Below are positions 20,380 to 29,523 of a stretch of 46,941 nt of DNA, one piece after another (position 1 is the stretch's first letter; each line of letters begins with the position of its first letter). The position numbers were made by a program, and so were the translations under genes. The notes under the pieces are model-generated. The model saw only the letters and a program-made list of their open reading frames with translations, searched no databases and was not told the origin of the DNA. Source of the stretch: a virus (Duplodnaviria; Caudoviricetes); the IMG/VR virus record IMGVR_UViG_3300032024_000157, positions 1 through 46,941 of that record, one strand, 5' to 3'.

Positions 20380-23300
20380 ATGACTACTCAAGACCAACAG
20401 ACATATAGTGAATTGATCGATGCTTGGCTGCAACGCCGGCGGAGTGGTGTTATCGAACCGCTGCCAGGCGACACTACACAGAAGTTGACCGACTTTGCCC
20501 AACGGTTTGTAGCCAATCGAGAGACACCCTATCCAGTGGCTGACACGGCCCTCAAGCTGTTAACCGGTCGATTGCCAACGCCACGCACGCCTACGTCCGA
20601 GCCGGAAGTGGGCGCAGTGACCGGAGAGATAGGTCGTGCTGGACTTGGGACAGTTGGCAGTCTAGTCGACCTGGCCGGGCAAGGCGGTCTCGAACCGGAG
20701 TTTGCCCCACGCAGGCTTCAAGAAGCAGTGACCTCTACACCTGTACAACCCAGTTTTGAGGCGGTTGGTCAAACCATTGGTCAGGCACTTCCTTCAATTG
20801 CTACAACCGCGCCGTTGTTGCTAACACCAGCCGGTCTACCCTTCGCCGTGGCAAAAGCCTACGGTGAGGCCTATACTCCACAGGCTGACCCGATTGCCGG
20901 TTTCGTTAGTGCTGCTGGCTTGGCAGCCGTTCCGGGTGCCATAGGCGGTGGTGCTCGCACGGCAGAAACGCTGGCCGAACGATTCTTGTTGCCCTCAGTC
21001 AACCGGATAGTAAAAGAAGGCGCTCCGGCAGTGGTTGAAGGTTTGCAGACAGCAGTCAACCCAACAACTCATAGCTTGTTGGCCGGCAGTCGTTTAGCCG
21101 GTGCTGTTGCTGCTGGTACGGCCGTGCCACAAGCACAACGCCAGGTTGACTCTTTGTTGCGGACTGGAGAAACAGCTCCCTTGTCTGGCGAAGACCTCGT
21201 CACCGACTTAGGGTTAAACCTCGCCTTTGCCGCACCGATTGCCAGGGCGGCTTTAAGTCCGCGTGGCAGGCCTGTCACACGCGGTGCTGACGGTCAGCCA
21301 ATCTTTAGTGAACAAGCCGCACCGCTTGTAGCCGAAACGATGGACCGTGCCTACAGGGCGCAGACCATCCGCAACGCACAGGCCGAAAAGACGGCTCAAT
21401 ACGAAGCAAGTCGAGGCCGACGCATTGCCGACACTCACCAAGAAATCTTTCAAGCCGCAGAACGCGGCGGCGACCCGACCGAAGCTATTGGTCGGTTAAA
21501 AGCACACTGGGAAGAGGCAAGACAGACAACCGATCCTGTGCGCGGGCTGGCCGTGTTGAAAGCTATTTCTGACGAAGGCAATGTGTCCGGTATTCCAGAC
21601 GACGCGTTTCATCGCATCGTAGCCGGCGTGCAGGGACGCTATGCCGACCACTTTAAGAACGATCCAACGTTGCCCGGTCCGGAAACTGTCAACACACTTG
21701 TTGAACGAGGACTTCTTCCACGTATCACAAAGGACTGGATCAGTCAAAACTTTGCTGAGGCGACCGATCAACTTCTTGGTGACTATGAAGGCGCAAAAAC
21801 AAACTTGGTAAATCGAATTGCTGCTCACTATGAAGAACGGCTCCCCGGTGCGTTGGCAGCTATGCGTGCCCAACCGCCCGAGGAAGCGCTTACGAAGACT
21901 ACGATGGGTCAGATGACTGACAGCGCAAAAGACGCGCAGTACATGGACTCACTCATTCGTCTCTATCCGCACCTAAAAGACGCCAAAGTGATTGGTGGTG
22001 GCACTGACGAGAAAGGTAACCTGGTAGACTCTTCATTGCTGCACGCACTTTACAAACGTGACGAAGTTGTCTCCGCTCCCATGTTTGATGTTGCCGGTCC
22101 GTTCCGTACTGGAAACAAGGCCAATTATGACGCGTGGAGAGACGCAGTTGTGCAAGTGGCCAGCACGTATGACCCTGTCACTCGACGCGGTCTATATCAG
22201 AAAACCGCAAACGGCAAGCCCGAACCTTTGTCTTTTGAAGACATGGTTGCCAAGAAAGACGGCAAGTACGTCTTCAAGCCTCGCGTTATTCGTGAAGTTG
22301 ACCGACCTGGTGCATCCGAAGCCGTGCGTGACGCCATTGAGTTTGTAGACAACATTCAACGACGTCAACCAGAAGACGAAATGAGCATAGAAGAGTTGAA
22401 CGCGCAAGTTTTCGAAACGCCTAGTCAGGTGCCAGCAGACTTAGGTGTGCGTAGGACAGGACGTATCGAAACGCCGGAAGCCGAAATTCTGGCTGACGCC
22501 GTCGACCAGGGCGTCGACCCGAAGAATTTTGAAAAGTATCTAGGAGACGTACGGGACTTCGAGCAACCGGCTCTTGGTCTTGACGCACCACATCCACCGG
22601 CCACGCTTTATGACATCGGTCTTCACTTAATGTCTAAAGTCTCCAAAGGCAACTCTGAGGAGTTGTATGCTAAGTACGGTGCGAAGTATTTTGGTCAACA
22701 AGACAAAGACTCCAAGAAGCCCGAACTGTTCAGGCGGTGGTTGCTGGCGCGACTGGAGTCTGAAATCGGACAACAGGGCAGCACTAAGAGTGCGCTAGGT
22801 GCAGAGCGTCAAGACGTTCATCAAATTACTAAGGCCCAACAAGAGTTCTACGCTGCGTGGCGGAACGTTGCCAACGCAAAACGCTTGCGTGACGGTAAGG
22901 AACCAATTGCTGAACCGGTAACCTTTGCTGAAAAACGAGAACAGTACCGTCACGCCCTTCGACTCTATGCCGGCACTCGTGGCAATGTTGACATGAAGCA
23001 GTTGTTTATTGACCTTCTTGATGACAACAAGACCTATAGGAATTTCTTACAAAGGACGGCCGGGCAGGTACAAAAGAGTCAGGTCGAGCCGTCGAAAGAC
23101 CGTGTCGAATACGACCGCCTTCAACAAGCCATGAAAGACCTGGGCTATGATAAGGCCGGCACGCCGGAGTTCAACAAGCTATGGCAACAAAGTGAAGACA
23201 TCAAGAACCGTCACGGCGGAATGCCACCACAAGAAACCACCAAGGCAGTTGTTTCTACACAGGACAGTGGAACAGACATTGAGCACACCTTTGCCGGTTT

Positions 23301-26300
23301 TACCAACCCGACTTTTGACGCGCTGCGGGTCGGAGAAGCGTTCGGTCTGCGTCTTGGACTTGATCCAACTACGGCTGCCGAACTTGGTAACCTCACGGCC
23401 AAGTTTGTTCAAGCCTTTCCTGAAATTGTTGGTTTTGGGGAAGTACGTTCTAACGAAGAGGGACTGCTTGGTCTGCACGTCAGTAATTCTGTAGCTCTTC
23501 AAGGACCAGTCGCTCTTGTTAATCTTGACACTATCGACGCTCGTCAACATGGACCGCTTCAAAAGATTGCTAGTTTCTTGATGGTTACTGCACACGAGCT
23601 TGGTCATGTTGACGTGACAACACCTGGTGCCTATCGTCAACAACGCGCTGACTCGAAAAAACTTGTCAAGGCCATGTTTACAGAAATTGGACGTGACAGC
23701 ACAATTGATTTGTTGCAAAATATCGAACAGGTCGTTTTGCCGCCGCAATTTCGTCCACGTGCACAAGCCTCTCTTGCTGACCAAGGATCAGGTTTTGAAG
23801 AAGAGGCGTTTTCGCGCATGCTGGAATACGCAATGCTTGGTGCGATGACAAAAGACAATCCGTGGTCTGGGAAGGTTGGTGGCAAGACAGACTCGTTTGG
23901 TGCTGCCATGAACTTTCTTCCTGACGAATTTCAAGCCGCAATGCACTTAGCTTTTCGTGACCTTTCAAACGTTATTGGTGCCGTCACAAACTACTACGCT
24001 TCTCGTCCACAACAACCGAAAGATAACTTCATAGTCAACACTCTGCAAGTTATAATGGACAATATTAATGCATACATCAATGTCAACGCTGTCAAGCTTG
24101 CTCAGTTTCGAACGGTAGTCGACCGTCAACGCGCCTTGTTTAGTGCCGCAAGTAGCGTTAATCTTGAAGATCCTGTCATGGTACGGACGGTGTTAGACAT
24201 GGACGAAGCGGCATCGAAAGACGTGACAGGTACTCATCAAGCTATTAGTCCTGACACACACGAAGCGGTCCAAATGGCACAAGTTGCGATGTTTGGCGGA
24301 AAGCAGGACAAGCTAGTGCTGGCTCATGAACGAGCACTGGGCACGCAAGTGCCACGCTGGTCGCATTGGGTGGCCCTTAGTTATCAAACGATGCTCCGTT
24401 TTCACAAAGAGGGCAATCCACTTGCCGAGACGGTTATGTACAAACTCAACGACCTTGAAAAAGCCTATTTTCGACTCAGTCGTCAAATGCACGACCCCTT
24501 TATGGTGACCGACGAGAAGGGCCGGCTCAAGTATGATCCACAACATCCATTGCTGCGTATCCTTCAACGTTCAGACCCAGCCGCCTCGCGTGCTCGTACT
24601 GTTCTTTCTGACCTAACACGTTGGGCCAACGAGACCGGCAAGCCAGTCGTCGAAAATGGACAACTAACTCCCGAAGCCCCTGAGAGTTTGCGTCAGAAAC
24701 TGACCTCGTTCAAGCCGGAAGATCAGCAAGGTATTTTGGCGGGCATTGACAGTCTTCTAAAAGGCACTAAAGAAGCGGCGACAGTTTTGTTTAATGACCG
24801 AGTAGAGTCATCTGCTGCACGTATTGGTGCAGTGCTTATGTCAGTAGACAAAACAATGTTTGCTGACAAGGTTTTTGGACAGGGTAAGCAGATTGTCGAA
24901 ACGAGCGTGGTGTTGCACAACGCCAAGACCGCACTAACACAAGCACAGAAGGAACCGACGCTGATGGCCGAGCTTCCTGCCGCACAACAGCGATTTGCAG
25001 CGGCACAACAAGCGTTCAATCAATCATTCGTTGGTCTACAAGGAGAGCAAATATCGGCCGTGCAGACCTATCTCTTTGGTAAGGACGGCATGGCGGCAGA
25101 GTTGTCGGCTCTTGACGCTTTCTTTAAGGAACGCGAAGGCTGGTTTACTACTGAATCACGGCCCGGCAGGTACTTTATTCAGTCTCATAAGCCAGACAAC
25201 GGCGGCGCCCACTATACTTCCGCATCCAACCTTCGTTTAGCAAAACAAGTGCAACAACGACTGGCTACAGCCGGCCACACCGGCATTCTTGCTACCGATC
25301 GTCAACGTCCCAATACGGACAATTTAATTGATGCTCCGGACGCTGTTATTCAGGCGTTTGTCAACAAAGAATCGGCGGCTTGGAAAAGCGTTCGGGACGC
25401 GATGGAGGCCCACCTATCACCGGAAGACCTTAAATGGATTGACGAGTTGGGGTATGTCCCCGGTGTAGAGGTGCAAAAAGGCATGGAGACCAAGTCGATC
25501 AAACGTTACATGCAACAGCGTGAGTTAACATCTGGTCGTGAAGAGCTTGATATGGTCGATGCGTTTACTGACTATACCGGCCGTGTAGCAGGCAGCGTAG
25601 CTCGACGCGGGCTAACACGTGAGTTGTCTCTTTTGATGCAAGACCCTCGGTTACGGAACGAAGGAGAGTTCAAGACGGTCGTTAAGACCATGCAGGACAC
25701 ATTGCTTCAACCCTTGAACAACGGACTACAAACAGTACGTGCCGGACTGACCGCACGCTATCTCGGCTTGCCTAACTTTGTTGGCCCGGTAATCGAGGTT
25801 ATGCAAAGCGCACAGGGCGTGCTGCCTTATTTTATCCAACAAGTTGGATTTGTAAAAGGCGTAGACACATTTCGAAACGCCTTGGTTAGTCCGGCTGTTA
25901 TTAAACTTAAACGCGGTGGTCTAGACTATCGTCGCATTATTACAAGTGCCAAGGAAAAAGAGAGTGTTGACCCGCGAGCTATGACCAAGCAAGAGGCAAC
26001 GTATCTTTACTACGAACGACAACAATCAGAGGGTGGTTTTAAGGCCGGACCTGTATATGCGTCGGGCTTTTCGCGCAACCACCAAATTTTGGAACAGGCG
26101 GCGTTTGGATTGGGCGCTTCCAAACCCAAACCAGTGGAGCAACAAGTTGGTGACCCGCTTTACTGGTTGGCACAAATGTCCATGTCGATTTACAGCACCG
26201 CGTCCGACTACAACACACGGGTTGCCTTTCTTGGTGCGCTCGACACGCTTTATGATCGTGGCGTGCGAGGCGTAGAACTTTACCAAGGCGCATCGGCTTA

Positions 26301-27537
26301 CCAAAACCTTTACACACATGGTGGCGGCAAAGCTAACACGGTTGGATATATTAACAAAATATCAAACCCGCTGACCCGTTCTGCCTGGGGCCTTACTGAA
26401 ACCATGCAACGCTATATGTTTGGCAACCTGACCATGCAGAAGGACATGTTTGACGAGATGATTGGGCGGGTTGAAGAGGCGACACCACGGCAAAAGAAGA
26501 ACGCAGCTGAGGCGTTTGCAACGGCACAGTTTGTTCAACTTCTTTTGGCCGGCGCAATGGGACTGACTGGTGTTGGCATTACGGCGGCCGTTACGCAGAA
26601 GTTGACAGGAAAAGACCCCAAGCAAGCGTTACGCCAGTTTTGGCAAGACCTGGTCAAGCGGCTTGGTGCTGACGAACCAACAGCAGTTTTACTGGCTAAC
26701 TACGCGCAGAACGGCATGCTCTCTACATCTCTTGGCGTGGACGTTTCTAATCGTGTCACCATGAACTCCTTCTTTGGGTTCAACGAATATGATGGTTTCA
26801 ACACGAACGAACTGACTGGTGTGGTCGGTTCTAGTATTGAAGACCTTTGGATGGCCGGTAAGTATGTTGCTCAAGGCAATTTAACAAAAGCCGGCCGCCA
26901 ATTGGCCAGTCCTTCAATGCGGCCCGCAATAGACCTGGCCGTTTCAAAACGTGACTATGGAGATTTTGCTCTTCGTGACCAAGGCAGCAACAAAATTACC
27001 GACCTGACGACGACAGAAGCCGCCAAGGCTGCTATCGGTCTCAAACCTTATCGGTATCGTCTTCTTCGTGACGCTAAGCAGGCTGAACAACTAAGCAACA
27101 AACAGTTTCAAACCACTAATGACCAAACGCTTGACAATCTGAGCCGTGAAATGCTTAAGGGAAACACGCAGGCTACAATGAACTATATTGCACAGCTGCG
27201 TGCTAAGGATTCTTTACAGTTGCCACAACCAATTGTTAGGTCAATCATTGACCGAGCCGTCGCTGCAAGTCAACCACAAGACGTGTTGGCGTCTGGACCG
27301 GTCGGCAACGCGCCGCAACAACGCGCCATTGCTGAGTCGTTCGGTGCGATTCCACGTCAATCAGAAATAGAAAACCTACGTCTACGAACTCAACTCAACG
27401 CCAAGACCGGCTTCATGGGTGGTCCTCCGCCGACGGGAAAGGAGATTGAACGGGCTGGGTTGATTGATGCCCTGGTTCAACAGCGTGGGATGACTCGAGC
27501 GGAGGCGGCACGGCTGGTGGGACTAATGGGGTATTAG
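20380..27537 (+). CDS. giant internal virion / ejection protein (2385 aa) with HExxH motif
   Basis: Last gene of the structural operon; mostly helical; TAHELGH zincin-like motif at 23593-23607. Confidence 0.7.
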   Translation: MTTQDQQTYSELIDAWLQRRRSGVIEPLPGDTTQKLTDFAQRFVANRETPYPVADTALKLLTGRLPTPRTPTSEPEVGAVTGEIGRAGLGTVGSLVDLAGQGGLEPEFAPRRLQEAVTSTPVQPSFEAVGQTIGQALPSIATTAPLLLTPAGLPFAVAKAYGEAYTPQADPIAGFVSAAGLAAVPGAIGGGARTAETLAERFLLPSVNRIVKEGAPAVVEGLQTAVNPTTHSLLAGSRLAGAVAAGTAVPQAQRQVDSLLRTGETAPLSGEDLVTDLGLNLAFAAPIARAALSPRGRPVTRGADGQPIFSEQAAPLVAETMDRAYRAQTIRNAQAEKTAQYEASRGRRIADTHQEIFQAAERGGDPTEAIGRLKAHWEEARQTTDPVRGLAVLKAISDEGNVSGIPDDAFHRIVAGVQGRYADHFKNDPTLPGPETVNTLVERGLLPRITKDWISQNFAEATDQLLGDYEGAKTNLVNRIAAHYEERLPGALAAMRAQPPEEALTKTTMGQMTDSAKDAQYMDSLIRLYPHLKDAKVIGGGTDEKGNLVDSSLLHALYKRDEVVSAPMFDVAGPFRTGNKANYDAWRDAVVQVASTYDPVTRRGLYQKTANGKPEPLSFEDMVAKKDGKYVFKPRVIREVDRPGASEAVRDAIEFVDNIQRRQPEDEMSIEELNAQVFETPSQVPADLGVRRTGRIETPEAEILADAVDQGVDPKNFEKYLGDVRDFEQPALGLDAPHPPATLYDIGLHLMSKVSKGNSEELYAKYGAKYFGQQDKDSKKPELFRRWLLARLESEIGQQGSTKSALGAERQDVHQITKAQQEFYAAWRNVANAKRLRDGKEPIAEPVTFAEKREQYRHALRLYAGTRGNVDMKQLFIDLLDDNKTYRNFLQRTAGQVQKSQVEPSKDRVEYDRLQQAMKDLGYDKAGTPEFNKLWQQSEDIKNRHGGMPPQETTKAVVSTQDSGTDIEHTFAGFTNPTFDALRVGEAFGLRLGLDPTTAAELGNLTAKFVQAFPEIVGFGEVRSNEEGLLGLHVSNSVALQGPVALVNLDTIDARQHGPLQKIASFLMVTAHELGHVDVTTPGAYRQQRADSKKLVKAMFTEIGRDSTIDLLQNIEQVVLPPQFRPRAQASLADQGSGFEEEAFSRMLEYAMLGAMTKDNPWSGKVGGKTDSFGAAMNFLPDEFQAAMHLAFRDLSNVIGAVTNYYASRPQQPKDNFIVNTLQVIMDNINAYINVNAVKLAQFRTVVDRQRALFSAASSVNLEDPVMVRTVLDMDEAASKDVTGTHQAISPDTHEAVQMAQVAMFGGKQDKLVLAHERALGTQVPRWSHWVALSYQTMLRFHKEGNPLAETVMYKLNDLEKAYFRLSRQMHDPFMVTDEKGRLKYDPQHPLLRILQRSDPAASRARTVLSDLTRWANETGKPVVENGQLTPEAPESLRQKLTSFKPEDQQGILAGIDSLLKGTKEAATVLFNDRVESSAARIGAVLMSVDKTMFADKVFGQGKQIVETSVVLHNAKTALTQAQKEPTLMAELPAAQQRFAAAQQAFNQSFVGLQGEQISAVQTYLFGKDGMAAELSALDAFFKEREGWFTTESRPGRYFIQSHKPDNGGAHYTSASNLRLAKQVQQRLATAGHTGILATDRQRPNTDNLIDAPDAVIQAFVNKESAAWKSVRDAMEAHLSPEDLKWIDELGYVPGVEVQKGMETKSIKRYMQQRELTSGREELDMVDAFTDYTGRVAGSVARRGLTRELSLLMQDPRLRNEGEFKTVVKTMQDTLLQPLNNGLQTVRAGLTARYLGLPNFVGPVIEVMQSAQGVLPYFIQQVGFVKGVDTFRNALVSPAVIKLKRGGLDYRRIITSAKEKESVDPRAMTKQEATYLYYERQQSEGGFKAGPVYASGFSRNHQILEQAAFGLGASKPKPVEQQVGDPLYWLAQMSMSIYSTASDYNTRVAFLGALDTLYDRGVRGVELYQGASAYQNLYTHGGGKANTVGYINKISNPLTRSAWGLTETMQRYMFGNLTMQKDMFDEMIGRVEEATPRQKKNAAEAFATAQFVQLLLAGAMGLTGVGITAAVTQKLTGKDPKQALRQFWQDLVKRLGADEPTAVLLANYAQNGMLSTSLGVDVSNRVTMNSFFGFNEYDGFNTNELTGVVGSSIEDLWMAGKYVAQGNLTKAGRQLASPSMRPAIDLAVSKRDYGDFALRDQGSNKITDLTTTEAAKAAIGLKPYRYRLLRDAKQAEQLSNKQFQTTNDQTLDNLSREMLKGNTQATMNYIAQLRAKDSLQLPQPIVRSIIDRAVAASQPQDVLASGPVGNAPQQRAIAESFGAIPRQSEIENLRLRTQLNAKTGFMGGPPPTGKEIERAGLIDALVQQRGMTRAEAARLVGLMGY

Positions 27538-28276
27538 TCTTGTCGTCGCGCCACCTAATAAACCTTGAATGTCTTACGTTCCCCGATTCGAAAACGGCGT
27601 TAGCCGTGAACTCACAGACTCTTCCCAAGTAGACCGCCCGATTGTTCCAGATGGTTCGTCGTTCTTCGTCAGTAAACCCGCCGCCAACAGATGTGGTATT
27701 TTGACCGTAGGCAACTCGGCAAGCTCCAAGACTACTCTCATACTTACCAAGTCCGGGTTCAAATCCAACAACGACTCCTTCAAAGCTATACTCTCTCTTC
27801 TCACGCATGATAGCGTCGTCGAGGGTAGCACTTGACCGGCGGTAAACAACTCCTTCCCACCCCTCACGCAGAACGTAACGTTCCCACAAGGCAGGCTGAT
27901 CGTTAATTCGGTAGGTGTCAACAATCGTATATACCGAGGGAAGCGTGAGCTTCCGTAAAAGACGGAGCCGAGCAGTGTAGGTTTCATTGGTAATAGGTTC
28001 GCCAAAAATAGACCAAAGATCGTAGATAAAAAAACGACCTTTGCGGTCAGGATGCTGCGCCCACTGCGTGCCGCGCATGAACTCGCCTATTAGGACACAG
28101 CCGTCTAGGCCACCCAGTGCTACAGAGCCAAAGCTACGGTCGGTTTCGGAACGGAAGTCAACCCCGCCGGAAGAGTGAATTGCACGACACCACCAACCGT
28201 CGTATTTTAGCTGACAGATGTCATACCCACGAGCTTTAGCCGTAGGGTAGTCGCCGTTGAGGTAGAGATTTCTCAT
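27413..28276 (-). CDS. ATP-dependent DNA ligase
   Basis: KYDG adenylation motif, IGEF, YDL, GWEGVVYR, OB-fold VGGGFTDEER and RHSRFIRWRDDK. Confidence 0.9.
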   Translation of the reverse strand: MRNLYLNGDYPTAKARGYDICQLKYDGWWCRAIHSSGGVDFRSETDRSFGSVALGGLDGCVLIGEFMRGTQWAQHPDRKGRFFIYDLWSIFGEPITNETYTARLRLLRKLTLPSVYTIVDTYRINDQPALWERYVLREGWEGVVYRRSSATLDDAIMREKREYSFEGVVVGFEPGLGKYESSLGACRVAYGQNTTSVGGGFTDEERRTIWNNRAVYLGRVCEFTANAVFESGNVRHSRFIRWRDDKTNTPLVPPAVPPPLESSHAVEPGHQSTQPVQSPFPSAEDHP

Positions 28277-28296
28277 GGTGTGGGTCAGTTTCTGAA

Positions 28297-29520
28297 TTAG
28301 ACTTCGCGCTTGAGAAAAATGTAACGTCTGTTGACACCGTCATCCACATCGTCGGCTAGACCGACTTTTCCTGCGTCACAGAGATACTTAATTACATTGT
28401 CCATATCGAGCCCATTAGCGTCGCGCCAAAGCAGACTTTTTAGTTGCGCAAGTGGCATACGACGCATTGAAACTTCTGACCTCGTGCCGTCTTCTCGTTG
28501 TAGAATGACTTTCTTGATTGGAGCGACGTTGAGAAAATCCATCGCCTTGACAGAGACTTGGTTAAGCTCGTTACGACCAATGCCTGAAAAGACACGAGCT
28601 AGGTGAAGTTCAGCCAAACCGAGCAACTCAAGACCGCGCACTAGATGATGTTCGTCAATTATCATTTCATCTCCGTCTGATATGGCAACGAGCATTGCGA
28701 CCTTAATAAGGAAGATATCCTTCGTCTCGTAGTAGCCGTCAGTTGTAGGGTCCGCCCCTCTCTTACGACTAGGATACCACGCGTCGAAGAACTTTTCAGC
28801 AGCAGGAGTCCAGGTGTACGGACCTGCCAACTTACCGATAGTTTCACTGCGGGCGACAACCCTGTCCCAAGCGGCACGCATCTCAACCGTAATGCGAGGA
28901 CGGGGGTTACTACCTTCTCGACCTGACGCATAAAGGAAGAGACAGCGTCGACTGAAACCGCCAGAGATGATGTCGTCTTTGAGATAGTTCGTAACCCAAT
29001 CGGGAGTAGTCCCGGCGATGAGGTTGAGAAACGGCCCCTGGACAAGGGTGCTGCCTTTGTTATTGGTGCGGACATGGTAGACGTTGCGGCTGTAGATGTC
29101 GGTCAGGAAGGAAATCATTCCGATACCGCCAGCCCCCAGGAACTCAGAGAGTTCGGTAGCGAGGATGGTATAGGGACTGGCGACGCGATACTTGTCGGTT
29201 GGTGGAAGGAAGTCAAGAATGGCTTGTTGTTCGTTGATGTCGGTGATAAGCTTTTCGCGAGTGACTGATTCCGCGGAGAGTGGAACTTTGCGTTGCTCCA
29301 TAAGGTCCTCAGCGATTTCCATAGCCACGTTTTTCCCGCAGCCCGGTGGGCCGACAAGAACGACATAGAGGTTCGGGTAGATTCGGATGTATTCACCTTT
29401 GTACGTCCAAACCCTTCGTTTAGTAAGTGCTGATAAGGCAACAAGGGAACAGAAGGTGTGGAAGGCCGCAGGGACTTCAAGTTCTTTGCAGTAATCACGG
29501 TAGTCAGAAAGAAAAGACAT
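28297..29520 (-). CDS. DUF3987-type P-loop ATPase, putative replicative helicase
   Basis: IYPNLYVVLVGPPGCGKN Walker A, TELSEFL, AGTTPDW, GGFSRR arginine finger. Confidence 0.75.
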   Translation of the reverse strand: MSFLSDYRDYCKELEVPAAFHTFCSLVALSALTKRRVWTYKGEYIRIYPNLYVVLVGPPGCGKNVAMEIAEDLMEQRKVPLSAESVTREKLITDINEQQAILDFLPPTDKYRVASPYTILATELSEFLGAGGIGMISFLTDIYSRNVYHVRTNNKGSTLVQGPFLNLIAGTTPDWVTNYLKDDIISGGFSRRCLFLYASGREGSNPRPRITVEMRAAWDRVVARSETIGKLAGPYTWTPAAEKFFDAWYPSRKRGADPTTDGYYETKDIFLIKVAMLVAISDGDEMIIDEHHLVRGLELLGLAELHLARVFSGIGRNELNQVSVKAMDFLNVAPIKKVILQREDGTRSEVSMRRMPLAQLKSLLWRDANGLDMDNVIKYLCDAGKVGLADDVDDGVNRRYIFLKREV

Positions 29521-29523
29521 GGA

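Noticed and set aside
20380-27537. Virion RNA polymerase (N4- or crAss-like)
   Set aside because: No DxDxD or T7-type catalytic motifs recognised
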